From Octopus bimaculoides (taxonomy: Eukaryota), in the NCBI RefSeq assembly GCF_001194135.2, contig NC_068981.1, forward strand, positions 113,080,394 through 113,115,303: 34,910 bases of DNA, read 5' to 3'. The notes under the pieces were generated by a model. The model was not told the DNA's origin, did no database searches, and saw only the letters and a program-made list of their open reading frames with translations. Below, piece after piece: positions 22,701 to 33,791 of this stretch; the stretch's first letter is position 1, and each line of letters begins with the position of its first letter. Position numbers and translations under genes: made by a program.

Positions 22701-22954
22701 ATTAAGTAAAAGTTTTGCAAAAATCTTACCAACTATTTCAAGCATGCTTATTCCTCTGTAATTTCCACACATGGGTTTGGATCCCTTTTCTTTGAACAAT
22801 GAAATTAAAATCAACCCAGTCAAGAAGGACAGGAGCACCTGACCAAACATTTGATATTAGATAGTGGATCTTTACAGCAAACCTGTTTCCCCCATAAAGG
22901 AGGACTTTAAAAAGAATACTGTCAAGGCCCAGTGCCTTCCCAATATTAATTTCT

Positions 22955-23171
22955 ATAGAGGCTGCAAGCTGGCAGAAACGTTAATATGCCGGGCAAAATG
23001 CTTAGTGGTATTTTATCTGTCTTTATGTTCTGAGTTCAAATTTCGCTGAGATTGACTTTGTCTTTCATCCTTTTAGCTCGATAAATTAAGTAGCAGTTGT
23101 GTACTGGGGTCAATCTAATTGACAGCCCCCCCCCCACTCCCCAAAAACTTTGGGCCTTGTACGTAGAAAAG
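22955..23171 (+). mobile_element. tRNA-derived SINE family B, full length (217 bp)
   Basis: A-box-like tggcagaaacgttaa and B-box-like gagttcaaatt. Perfect 13-bp TSD AATATTAATTTCT at 22942-22954 and 23172-23184. Confidence 0.92.
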
Positions 23172-23693
23172 AATATTAATTTCTTTGACCTTTTTTTTTT
23201 ATCTTGTAGATAGTAAGATAGTCCATCATCTGAAGGATAATATTTTTTTTGAGGCAGATTATTGATGAAAATGTCATCAATATGGACAAATTTCTCTTGG
23301 CAAACTGGAGAACACTACCCTCTCTGGATTGAGCAGCTGTCTTGCAGACTTTGCACTCCTCTCCATTGCATTATTGTACAAGTTAATTATGACTTCTACA
23401 GTCGAAGAGGACATAACTCTAAATTTCTTTCCTTTCTATTTCCCTTTTTATTCACCCCTTGTCTTCTCATTCCACTTTTTGTATCAATTTTCTTCTCACT
23501 TTATCTCATGATTTCTCAAGTACCAGCATCCTGATTTCAAATAGAACCATGTGCGCAGAGCCCAAAGATTGCTTGGAGACACAAGACACATTATGAAAAC
23601 CTGCCTTGCTATATGTCTTCACAACAAAATGCTATTAGTAGCTTTTTTTTTAACAGTGTACAGTCACTGGATAGAGTACATTTTGTTGATCTT

Positions 23694-23768
23694 ACCTGTT
23701 CACTGACAAAATTCCATGGTGCATCTGAGAAAGTCAGATGGAGCATGGAATTTTGTTAGTGAACAGGT
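23694..23768 (+). other. 75-nt near-perfect hairpin (35-bp stem, GAAAG loop)
   Basis: acctgttcactgacaaaattccatggtgcatctga-gaaag-tcagatggagcatggaattttgttagtgaacaggt: 32 Watson-Crick pairs, 1 G-U and 2 G-G mismatches on the + strand. Confidence 0.9.
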
Positions 23769-24071
23769 CGCAGTCTCAAAGCGACAAAAATATTTTGGCA
23801 AATTAAATTTAAACGTTGAAGTGAATCTAACAGTTTTTGTGTGTTTCTTAAATGGCTTATAAACACCTTCCACATTGCAATTGTTTTCGTTCCAGCACAC
23901 GATCTCATATCAGGTCCCTTGCTATGCAAGTATATCTCCATAATAATAATAATAATAATAATATATATATATATATNNNNNNNNNNNNNNNNNNNNNNNN
24001 NNNNNNNNNNNNNNNNNNNNNNNNNNNNNNNNNNNNNNNNNNNNNNNNNNNNNNNNNNNNNNNNNATATAA

Positions 24072-24822
24072 TATGATGGTAAGTCAAAAACTACATGCTC
24101 TCTTGTTTCTATAATTTATTAAAACAAAAGTAGGAGTTGAACAATTACATCATTTTCTGAGTGGCCCATAAACTTGCCTATTCCATCAGAGAAGAAGGTT
24201 TTCAGCTAGTTGTGCATCACTTTATGCATTTCTTCAGCTGTAGTAAATTGATGATCTCATAAAGGATGTTTAAACAGTTCAAAGAGATGATAGCCTGAGG
24301 AGGCAAAGTCTTAACTATATGCAGAATGTTCCAGCAACTGAAAACCCACTTTTTGGATAATTTCAATGGTGTGGGTGGCCATATGTGTGCATATATTGTG
24401 TGCAACAATAACACTTGCTTTGACAATAGACCTTGGCATTTGGTGTGAATGACTGGTTTAAATTTGTTGGCCAGTATTTCATTGTAGCCTACACTGGTGG
24501 CTGTAGACCACTTTCAGGTTTGTTCCAGAATAGGTCCTTTTGCATTAAAAAAAAATATTAATATCGTCTTTTGCAGTAGTAGGGGTTGATGGGCATCCAG
24601 CTCCCTTTTTGTGCTTCAGTAGAGTGCTCTTATTGTATTGTACTGTGATGAATTCCAGCCCTTGACAATAATATTCTTGTTTAAGAATAATATATATATT
24701 CTTCAAGCAACTGCAACTAAGAATCCTCTCAAAATGCTGCACTAGATATCTCTGTCTCCTATTAGCATTGATACATCTTCAAGTTTATGTTGTGTTTCTT
24801 TACTAATTGAACCTACCTATGT
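24072..24822 (-). mobile_element. Mariner element remnant (internally deleted)
   Basis: Minus strand reads KKGAGCPSTPTT (N-terminal GRPS-like), YNEILANKFKPVIHTKCQGLLSKQVLLLH and TIEIIQKVGFQLLEHSAYS*DFASSGYHLF...FTTAEEMHKVMHN...TFFSDGIGKF. Decayed TIR-like ends lie near 24072-24095 and 24798-24822. Confidence 0.75.
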
Positions 24823-24849
24823 GGAGCAATAATAGTAGAGATAGGTGGA

Positions 24850-25300
24850 ATGTGTCCATAAATCTTCTCTTTGCTTTTGTGCTCATACTATGAGATGTTT
24901 TAAACAATCATGAGAAGTCTGGAGTATGCTTGTTCATAACTCAAGTTTTGGTTCCATAGAGAAGAATGCTCTCTTCACAAGAAGAGAAACTTTGTTGACT
25001 TTGAAACAAATGATTATCAGCTGTTTTGATGATTTCCTTCCACAGAAGGAAGTCTTTCTTATTATCAGCAAGGTATTTCAGGTCACAAACCTCCTTAAGT
25101 TTGAAACAAATTAGAAGGAGGCTTTCAATTTCCTTGAAAATCATGTAGTCAGTCATCTCTGCATTGAGAAACAGATATTGACTGCAGTATTTCTCAAGAG
25201 ATATTAATAAGTCTTGCTCATTACACAGTTGATAAAATGTGAGGGCAGGATTATTAGCAAGATTATTAGCATAGTCAAAACTCTGTTGACATCTTGATTG
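24850..25300 (-). mobile_element. RTE-type LINE fragment
   Basis: LKEVCDLKYL...KKDF and EESILLYGTKT resemble the FKYLG and VESILLYGxETW motifs. Confidence 0.55.
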
Positions 25301-25489
25301 CTCTTACTTGATGGCAGGGACACTGTATTTCATTTTTCAACCATAAAATACTTTGTGTTAGCAGTGCATTGTTTACATTTTTTATATGTAAACTTAGTGG
25401 ATATTTAGCAATAACTGAAATATACATATACACCAATTACCTACTTTTCTGTCTTCAATAGATTTATTCATATGCAAAGCATTGTAACA

Positions 25490-25881
25490 TTCAGTATTGG
25501 CATGGCAATATGCCATGCTTGAGAAGCCCCTTCAAGCCAAGTGAAATCGTAGTTGTACAACAGATACCCATACCAGTGGCATGTAAAAAGCACCGTTCAA
25601 ACACAGTCTCGTGGAGGCAGTGATAGGTAACCGAGACCTTTGGCAATATACCATGCTTTGAGATCATAGTCATAGCTGAAGCCAGTATTATGCAACTGGC
25701 ACTCATGCTGGTGGTGCATAAAAAGCACCCACTACACTCTTGGAGTGGTTGGCATTAGGTAGGGCATCCAGCTGTATCAGATTGGAACCTGGTGCAGCAC
25801 TCTAGCTTACTAGTTTTCAGTCAAACCATCCAACCCATGCCAGTATGGAAAATGGGCGTTAAATGATGATGATGATGATGA
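25490..25881 (+). mobile_element. Older RTE-tail element with (GAT)n tail
   Basis: cttgagaagccccttcaagccaagtgaaatc...catgctggtggtgcataaaaagcaccc...gagtggttggcattagg...gggcgttaaatgatgatg; homologous to the 3' UTR of the 11100-13190 LINE. Confidence 0.85.
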
Positions 25882-25900
25882 TATATATATATATATATAT

Positions 25901-25929
25901 ACTAGCAGAGGCACCCGGCGTTGCTCGGG
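25901..25929 (-). mobile_element. Helitron-type 3' terminus; body probably extends to higher coordinates into the gaps
   Basis: Reverse complement CCCG agcaacgc CGGG tgcctctg CTAG t, then (AT)n. Confidence 0.7.
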
Positions 25930-26187
25930 AATGAAATTGTTGCTTATATACTTGAAGAAAAAAAGGCAAAATATGCTGTATAGAAATTTGAGGACATTCT
26001 GTAGATGGACTCTCAGATGAATGATGGCTGGGCGCCTCTCATGAATGGGGAAAATTGAAGATGTGCCAAAAAGCCTCATTGGTACTTGGAAACTTTTACG
26101 AAAATTAAAATGGGGATCGTTGCCAGTGCCCCTGGACTGGCTCTTGTGCGGGTGGCACATAAAATACACCATTTCGAGCGTGGCCAT

Positions 26188-27201
26188 NNNNNNNNNNNNN
26201 NNNNNNNNNNNNNNNNNNNNNNNNNNNNNNNNNNNNNNNNNNNNNNNNNNNNNNNNNNNNNNNNNNNNNNNNNNNNNNNNNNNNNNNNNNNNNNNNNNNN
26301 NNNNNNNNNNNNNNNNNNNNNNNNNNNNNNNNNNNNNNNNNNNNNNNNNNNNNNNNNNNNNNNNNNNNNNNNNNNNNNNNNNNNNNNNNNNNNNNNNNNN
26401 NNNNNNNNNNNNNNNNNNNNNNNNNNNNNNNNNNNNNNNNNNNNNNNNNNNNNNNNNNNNNNNNNNNNNNNNNNNNNNNNNNNNNNNNNNNNNNNNNNNN
26501 NNNNNNNNNNNNNNNNNNNNNNNNNNNNNNNNNNNNNNNNNNNNNNNNNNNNNNNNNNNNNNNNNNGAGTGTGAGTGAGTCAAGGTGTGTGTATGTGTGT
26601 AAGACAGAGTGAGAGAGCGGTGTGTATGTAGTATTTACTCTCTCTCTCTCTCTCTCTCTCATACACACGAACACACAAAATAGAAAGTGGAGCTTTTGCG
26701 GTTGTTACGTCAATACCGGAAGTTGACATTGAGGAACCTTTTTAAAGAAGTGAATCTTAAATATAATCTTAAATATAAAGCAATATTATTTATTTTTAAT
26801 TAAANNNNNNNNNNNNNNNNNNNNNNNNNNNNNNNNNNNNNNNNNNNNNNNNNNNNNNNNNNNNNNNNNNNNNNNNNNNNNNNNNNNNNNNNNNNNNNNN
26901 NNNNNNNNNNNNNNNNNNNNNNNNNNNNNNNNNNNNNNNNNNNNNNNNNNNNNNNNNNNNNNNNNNNNNNNNNNNNNNNNNNNNNNNNNNNNNNNNNNNN
27001 NNNNNNNNNNNNNNNNNNNNNNNNNNNNNNNNNNNNNNNNNNNNNNNNNNNNNNNNNNNNNNNNNNNNNNNNNNNNNNNNNNNNNNNNNNNNNNNNNNNN
27101 NNNNNNNNNNNNNNNNNNNNNNNNNNNNNNNNNNNNNNNNNNNNNNNNNNNNNNNNNNNNNNNNNNNNNNNNNNNNNNNNNNNNNNNNNNNNNNNNNNNN
27201 N
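26188..27201. other. Assembly gaps 26188-26566 and 26805-27201 (others: 1067-1182, 23977-24065, 33043-33052)
   Basis: Runs of N. The long ORFs in the track across these gaps are artefacts. Confidence 0.99.
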
Positions 27202-27462
27202 GGCACATAAAAGACACCATTTCGAGCGTGGCCATTGCCAGTATCTCCTGACTGGCCTTCGTGCAGGTGACACGTAAAAGCACCTACTACACTCTCTGAG
27301 TGGTTGGCGTTAGGAAGGGCATCCAGCTTTAGAGACTCTGCCAAATTTAGATTGGAGCCTGGTGTTGCCATCCGGTTTCACCAGTCCTCAGTCAAATCGT
27401 CCAACCCATGCTAGCATGGAAAGCGGACGTTAAACGATGATGATGATGATGATGATGATGAT
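27202..27462 (+). mobile_element. Young RTE-tail element with internal ~67-bp repeat unit and (GAT)n tail
   Basis: Nearly identical to the 18017 and 34750 copies. Its repeat unit ggcacataaaa..caccatttcgagcgtggccat also occurs at about 26152-26187, just before the previous gap. Confidence 0.9.
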
Positions 27463-27634
27463 ATAAGGTAGAAAGTATGGTGGGTGATTACACGTTGTTG
27501 AATATATACGGAGGATTTGTTTTACAAGACTAAAGAATATATTAGAATCATAATAGCAAGAATATATTAGAATCATTATGCAATATTGTACAAAATATGA
27601 TTTTTATCTTCCAACATAACCCATTTCGGTATCG

Positions 27635-29990
27635 CTTTTCAAATTTTGAGTTTTGGATAAAATTCTGAATTAGACATTTTGTTTGCTAGGGGGTGTAATT
27701 AGTAACCAAGGTAGTTTGCAGTAAAGGGGAGGTAAATCTGTAATTTTTAATATTGGTCTACATTTGATTCTTAGAATAGTTGGGGTAAATCTTTAATTTT
27801 CAGTATGGGTTTATATTTAATTCCGGCTTAAATGAGGCCTCTTTATTTAGTCGTACTTGTTGAGGTCGAAATAGCAAATTGATTTAATGGGAAGATTAGG
27901 AATTGTAGTTGCAGTTGTTCTGCACATCTGTCAATGTGTTCACTGAGATATATCTGGTGATATTGTGGGGAGGATATCTGTTGTCTATGGACTGTACATT
28001 TTTGTCTGATCGACATTCCTGTCGACCCCATATAGCTTTTATGGCAGCCTGAGCATCTAATTACATGAGTGAGGTTTTCAGAGGTGCAAGTGAAGTTGGA
28101 TTTAACTTTGAATTTTTAAAACCCTTGTCTAAAATGGAATTTTGATCCTTCCAAAAGAATGGGACATGCTCTGCAGTTAGGACGACCACACTTTTTTACT
28201 CTTACATCCGTTATTCTTGAGAATAATTTAGCATTTGTGAGGATCTTCTTTAGCATCTTTGCTTGTTTACTGCTTTTAATGATTTTATGGGTACATAGAA
28301 TTTCCATCAGTTTGGGGTCCTTATGGAGTATTGGGAGATTTTGGTCAATGATGTTAAATGCTTCTTTGTTTCTGGGGTTGTATGTGGAGACATAAGGTAG
28401 TGTTTTCAGAGTGGGTGTGTTATTGTGTTTGACTTTTCTCAATGTTTTTATGTCAATTGATTTTGCACATTTAATCCCTACATTTATGAGTTGAGTTGGG
28501 TAGTGCCTGTCCCATAGTATGTTTTTAAGTTCTTGCAATCTTAGTTCTCTGGTATTTTTTTCAGACGCCATGGTGCAAATCCTTCTTGCAAGGTTGAAGG
28601 GGATATTTGTTTTGATATGTCTCGGGTGCCATGAGCTAAATGATAGGTATTGTTTAGCATCTGTGGTTTTGTAAAAAATGTCCATTTTTATATTTTTGTT
28701 TATTATTTTAACCAGAATGTCTAGGAATGGGAGTTCCTTTTGGTTGTGTTCTGTTGTAAATTGTATGTTGGTGTTAATGCTAATAAGGAGTCTTTTGAAC
28801 TCTAGGAGTTTATCTATGTTGTCATTCCAGATGATGAAGCAGTCCAAAAATTTTTTCCAATTTTCTTTTATGTATTTGGAGAGAGGGTTTCCAAATTTAG
28901 AAAATGACTCCTGATATATTGTTATTTCTAAATAGCCTATAGTTAGGTTGGCAATGATTGGGGCTGCCCTGGTTTCCATGACAATTTCGGATTTTTGGCA
29001 ATAAACAGTGATGTCGAACGTGCAGTGGTTGTTTTGAAAGATGAGTCTTATTGATTCAATTATGAAATTGTTGTTGATCTGTTCTGGTATTTCTTTTGGA
29101 TATTTGTCCAGCCAGAACCGAATTACTTCTATTCTATAATGATGGGGTATGTTAGTGTATAGGTTTATCACATCAAATATAACCATGACTATTTCTTCCT
29201 TGATCTTTTCTGGTAGGTGATTTAACATATCTAAGCCATCTCTAATATAACATTTGATGTATTTTAGAAATGGTTACAGGGGGATGTCCATGAGGCAACT
29301 TAATCAATATGTTTCACTGGATGGTTCAGCTATAATGGGCTGTAATTTTAGGTCTCCTGGTGCTGGTGTATGTATGTATGTATGCCTTTGGTGATTTTTT
29401 TGGTGGCTTAGTTTATAGTTGGGCTTTTGTGAATTTTTGGTAGACCATAGAATAGGTTGGGTTTACATTTAAAGTTTGTTAGATAGTCTATTTCTTTTTT
29501 CGTTAGATCTTTTCTGTGGGTTTGGATTAGTGAAAAGAGGTTTTACATTATTTTTTGGTGGGGTATAATCATTGATTTTTTCATAGTAGGGTTGACAGGA
29601 ATGTTGACGTTAATCAAACAAAGATGTACAGTCCATAGACAACAGATATCCTCCCCACAATATCATCAGATATATCTCAGTGAACACATTGACAGATGTG
29701 CAGAACAATTGCAACTACAATTCCTAATCTTCCCATTATGTCAATTTGTCATTTGAACCTCAACACAAGTATGACTAAATAAAGAGACCTCATTTAAGCC
29801 AGAATTAAATGTAAACCCATATTTAAAATTAAAGATTTACCCCAACTATTCTAAGAATCAAATGTAAACCAATATTAAAAATTACAGATTTACCTCCCCT
29901 TTACTGCAAACTACTTTTGTTACCAATTATCCCCACTAGCAAACAAAATGTCCAATTCAGAATTTTATCCAAAATTCAAAATATGAAAAG
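27635..29990 (-). mobile_element. Penelope-like retroelement (RT + GIY-YIG), 5'-truncated, with an inverted copy of its 3' end
   Basis: 370-aa ORF 28116-29228: FDVINLYTNIP, ELPFLDILV, FYKTTDAKQYL, HPRHIKTNIP, CGRPNCRAC. Upstream FYGLPKIHK and LQPIIAEP. Downstream VIRCSGCHKSYMGSTG (GIY-YIG). 29590-29990 is the reverse complement of 27635-28028. Confidence 0.92.
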
Positions 29991-30000
29991 TAATTGCAAA

Positions 30001-31235
30001 ACCTGTTATCATCAACAACTTGCTGGAGGATACTGGTATGGAAAGGGTACAGGAGCTGAAGACCATTATGGAAGATCGAAATGAGTGGGGGAAATGTGTG
30101 GAAACAGTCTTGGGGTCTTCCTCCTTCCTCTCCTGGTTCTTCCTTACGTTGGTTGTCAGAGTACTAGCTTGTTAGCAATTTCATTGGTATGTCTGATGCA
30201 GTGTCCAGCTAGCCTCATTATTCTATGCTATGTCACTTTTGGTAGCCCCTGATATAAGTTGGCATTTGTTGTATGACTCTTTCAGGAGACTTTGAATGCC
30301 ATTCTAAGCGTCCTTATATAAGATGTGATTTAGACGACATCATCCTTGAATTTGCAAACAAACTACTAAATGATGTGAAACCAGAACAGTGGTTTAAATT
30401 AGACTTGCTACTGCTGCCCAAAACTGGGAATTACAGAGGGATCAGTCTGTCATCCATTGTTGCAAAAATGGTCTGCAACTTAAGATAGACAAACAATTGT
30501 GACTAACTCAAAATGGATTCAGATCAGGACAGTCAACAGCATCTCACATTGTTACACTTAGAAGCCTGATAGAGGGAGTTAAGAGCCATAACAAGAAGGC
30601 TATCATTATCTATGTTGACTTTAAAATGGCTTTTGATTCAGTACATAGAGGAATGACGATGAAGCATATGATATTCCACCAAGAATTCTGAGAGCAATAA
30701 GTAAACTGTATGAGAACACCAGAGCAAAATTGATCACTCCTGAAGGAAAGACGGAATACTTCGAAGTCAAAGCTAGAGTATTACAAGGTGACACGCTAAC
30801 ACTTTATCTCTTTGCCATCGTTCTGGACTATGTAATGTGTAGAATGTATGAAGGCAAGGAAGAAGAACTGGGATTCAAACTACATAGGCAAAGAAGTAGA
30901 TGGCATCAAGCAGTAACGGTAACTGACCTAGACTATGCTGATGATCTGGCATTACTAACAGAGAGGACAGATCAGGTTCAGGAGGTGCTAAGCAGATTAG
31001 AGCAGGAATGGGAGTATTCATCAGAGCTGCAAGTATTCAACTATCAGTGAAAGTGAGAGACGGTAAGTCGCTCAAGGTAGTTGAAAATTTCAAATACCTT
31101 GGTGCGTGGACACAAAGTACTGAAAAAGACATTGTTGCAAGGAAAGCTCTTACCTGGAGTGCATGCCATAAATTGAGAAAGGTATGGAGTTCAAAGTTAG
31201 CAAGGAAATTGAAAGTGAGGTTGTTCTTCTATACA
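30001..31235 (+). mobile_element. RTE-type LINE RT fragment with scrambled 3' pieces upstream
   Basis: 30290-31235 reads NYRGISLSSIVAK, QNGFRSGQST, YVDFKMAFDSVHR, VLQGDTL, LDYADDLALL and FKYLG. 30001-30110 (+) and 30115-30270 (-) are C-terminal pieces of a similar LINE. Confidence 0.88.
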
Positions 31236-31245
31236 GAGCTGAAAG

Positions 31246-31900
31246 ATGGATACTCATCAAAATATTATGAAAATTGTATCAAATAGGATTTCTAAGTTGT
31301 TGGCTAATCAAAAAATATTTAATTCACACACAGGGTATTACAACGTGGCACTGGCCAGTTCTGGATATAAAGACAAAATTAAATACCCACCTGACAATAA
31401 GATAACTAATAAATATAAAATAAATGAGAACAGTTGGAAAAATAGGTATGAACAAAAAAGATGAAGCAAATTGTCAGGATAACATTATGGAAGGATAAAA
31501 ACCTAACGTACCAATCTGAAAGTAATAGATAAAAATAAAAAGAAATAGTAATAAAGATAGAAGGAAGGTGTGGGAGATAGGAACAAATTTGCTGCCTTTT
31601 ATTTAAATTGAAATAATTCTACTAAGAACAAGATTCATTACACTAAACTTAATACTAAATTAGATAAAGGTGACATGATGGTTTAATCCAGTATTTGGAT
31701 TACATGTCGCATCCAAAATTGCTTGTGAAATTTTCTCTACATTATATAGACACTTTCCTAAATCTAGTAAGCATTATGAGATTTTTAACAGGCATATGGC
31801 GAAATTATCACATGTGACATCATATAACCTAGAATACCATATCCACATGCTAAATAATAGAAAGCTAAACATGGTTAAACTAGACTATGAAGATATCATC
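31246..31900 (+). mobile_element. Penelope-like fragment (post-RT region), second subfamily
   Basis: IVSNRISKLLANQKIFNSHTGYYNVALASSGYKDKIKY and WFNPVFG...YRHFPKSSKHYEIFNRH resemble the RxIxWFNPPF / HFP...IFNR region of Penelope-like elements. Confidence 0.65.
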
Positions 31901-32215
31901 CATAATAGTCTAGATCTATGGAGTGGAGAATACAGTCACATTAGGGTGGGGTAGCTTAGTTAATAGTTGTCTGGAAAGTCTTAATTTGGATATCAGTATT
32001 AGCACAGATGGTGTGAATAACATAGAAAACAGGGTAAATATGACTGAAAATAGTAATATGGATGAGAGAATTGTGATTAATTGAGATAGGAACAGTAATA
32101 ACACATACAAGCACAATAAGAAGGTAGGGAAAAGAATACAATGAGGGGAAACCAGGTTGAAAATAATGATATAAAAGGGTGTGACTGTTGGGACAAGAAT
32201 GCAAGTCCTCTAGAG

Positions 32216-32503
32216 CAGTGCTACTCAAAGTGGTGGTCCACGAACCAGTACTGGTATACGAACCATTAACTACTGGTACACGGCAAGTTTCCAGAAAAGA
32301 AAGACACATTATAAAATGCTTATGTAATATTATATTATTTGTTTACAAAATAAATATAAGATATAAAAGAAGTCAACTTTTATTATATTCATTATATATA
32401 TTGTTTCCAGTATAAATTAATATTACTAAGAAATATTATCAGTCCCTAGCACATTGGAGAAAAAAATGCCAGTACACTACATCAGATAGTTTGAGAAGCA
32501 CTG
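32216..32503. mobile_element. hAT (Charlie/MER5-like) MITE, 288 bp
   Basis: TIRs CAGTGCTACTCAAA / TTTGAGAAGCACTG (13/14). Perfect 8-bp TSD CTCTAGAG at 32208-32215 and 32504-32511. Confidence 0.93.
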
Positions 32504-32818
32504 CTCTAGAGAATGACTGTTTACACAGGAATATTATTTAAATGTAATGTGAAAAACTAGTACTTATACAGATTCAGCAACTTGCAGCTGTTGCCAATGC
32601 ACAGAGACAAATGTTGTAATTTGTAATTAAAGCCTGTTTATTCCATCTTCTTGCATACATTTTTATGTAAATTCTATACACAGTTCCACTTTTATCCAGC
32701 ACAGTGTATAACCTGCTGTATGATGGTATATAGTAGTTAATAACAGTATAGAAGTTATCTACTTACCTATCTGTTTACCTACACATCCATTTACCTACCT
32801 ATATATATATATATATAT

Positions 32819-33000
32819 GGGCATCGGTACCATTTTCCTCTTTCTCCGTTCTTCCATTCTCCGAACTTTCCATCTTTCCGACGAAGGGCTACGCCCGAAA
32901 TGTCATACACTCTCTCTTTCCTTTCCTGAGCGTCCAATAATACTATCCATATCACGTCCTCACTTTGTTGTTTTTTTGTTTTTTTGTTATTGTGTTTTTG

Positions 33001-33003
<3 letters not shown>
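32819..33003 (+). mobile_element. Short CpG-rich Penelope-terminal-type fragment inserted in (TA)n
   Basis: Flanked on both sides by (TA)n; contains ccgacgaagggctacgcccgaaatgtc, the layout of minimal hammerhead motifs found in Penelope terminal repeats. Confidence 0.55.
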
Positions 33004-33039
<36 letters not shown>

Positions 33040-33791
33040 CAANNNNNNNNNNTAAGGAGTAATATCCACCCAATATACTGCTGGAAGAATACCCAATTAT
33101 TATTACAGTGGTGTTTTTTCATTGCATGGCAATTACATTACCAAGTGCAATAAATAGGTGCGGGTAAAAAGTTGTTTTACCATTAATTTATATAGCAATA
33201 AGAAAATGGAGGGGATTAATAAGTGGTATTCATCAACTTGCAGACATTGTATTGTGTCAATTTACTTGTTTATTTGTTTACTACAAGGACAATAAACAAA
33301 ACAATAACAGAGTAACTCATCACAGGTTTATAAAAGTTTGGATATTATTGTTAGAATTCTTACAAACTAATTGTATAAATTCCTCCATTACAAACACAAC
33401 GAATACGTACATACCTCATAGGTTTTTGATGTAAAAGTATATATAGGTTTGGACATTTTTGTTAGAATTATAACGATACGAACTAATGCACCAGTCCTCC
33501 ATTCCAAACATAACTAATGCGTATGTACATATGAATATGTCTGTACGGAAATGTTTATATATACATGTATGTATGTATGTGTGGGTGTGTATATATATGT
33601 GTCCTCCTCATGTATAATAACAATAATAATTGATTCATTTGTGTGCATGTATGGACATTTGTGTATGTACATTTAAATGTACATATATGTATTTTTGTTT
33701 ATTTATGTATGTTTATGTATATGTTAAAGTATGCATATATATGTGGATTTTTATGGTTTTTATATTTTTAACTTAACCTTATGAACTTTAT

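Noticed and set aside
23262-23534. 90-aa ORF behind a good-looking acceptor at about 23209
   Set aside because: All three frames after the acceptor hit stops within about 60 nt, and the peptide is low-complexity with no dynein similarity.
25810-27371. Long ORFs of 157-257 aa in the ORF track
   Set aside because: They are mostly X from N-gaps; the real residues come from RTE-tail repeat sequence.
28116-29228. 370-aa ORF as a possible domesticated or active RT gene
   Set aside because: The catalytic motif is damaged (FLDCF rather than Y/F-x-DD), the upstream frame has stops and the GIY-YIG part is frameshifted; it is a decaying copy.
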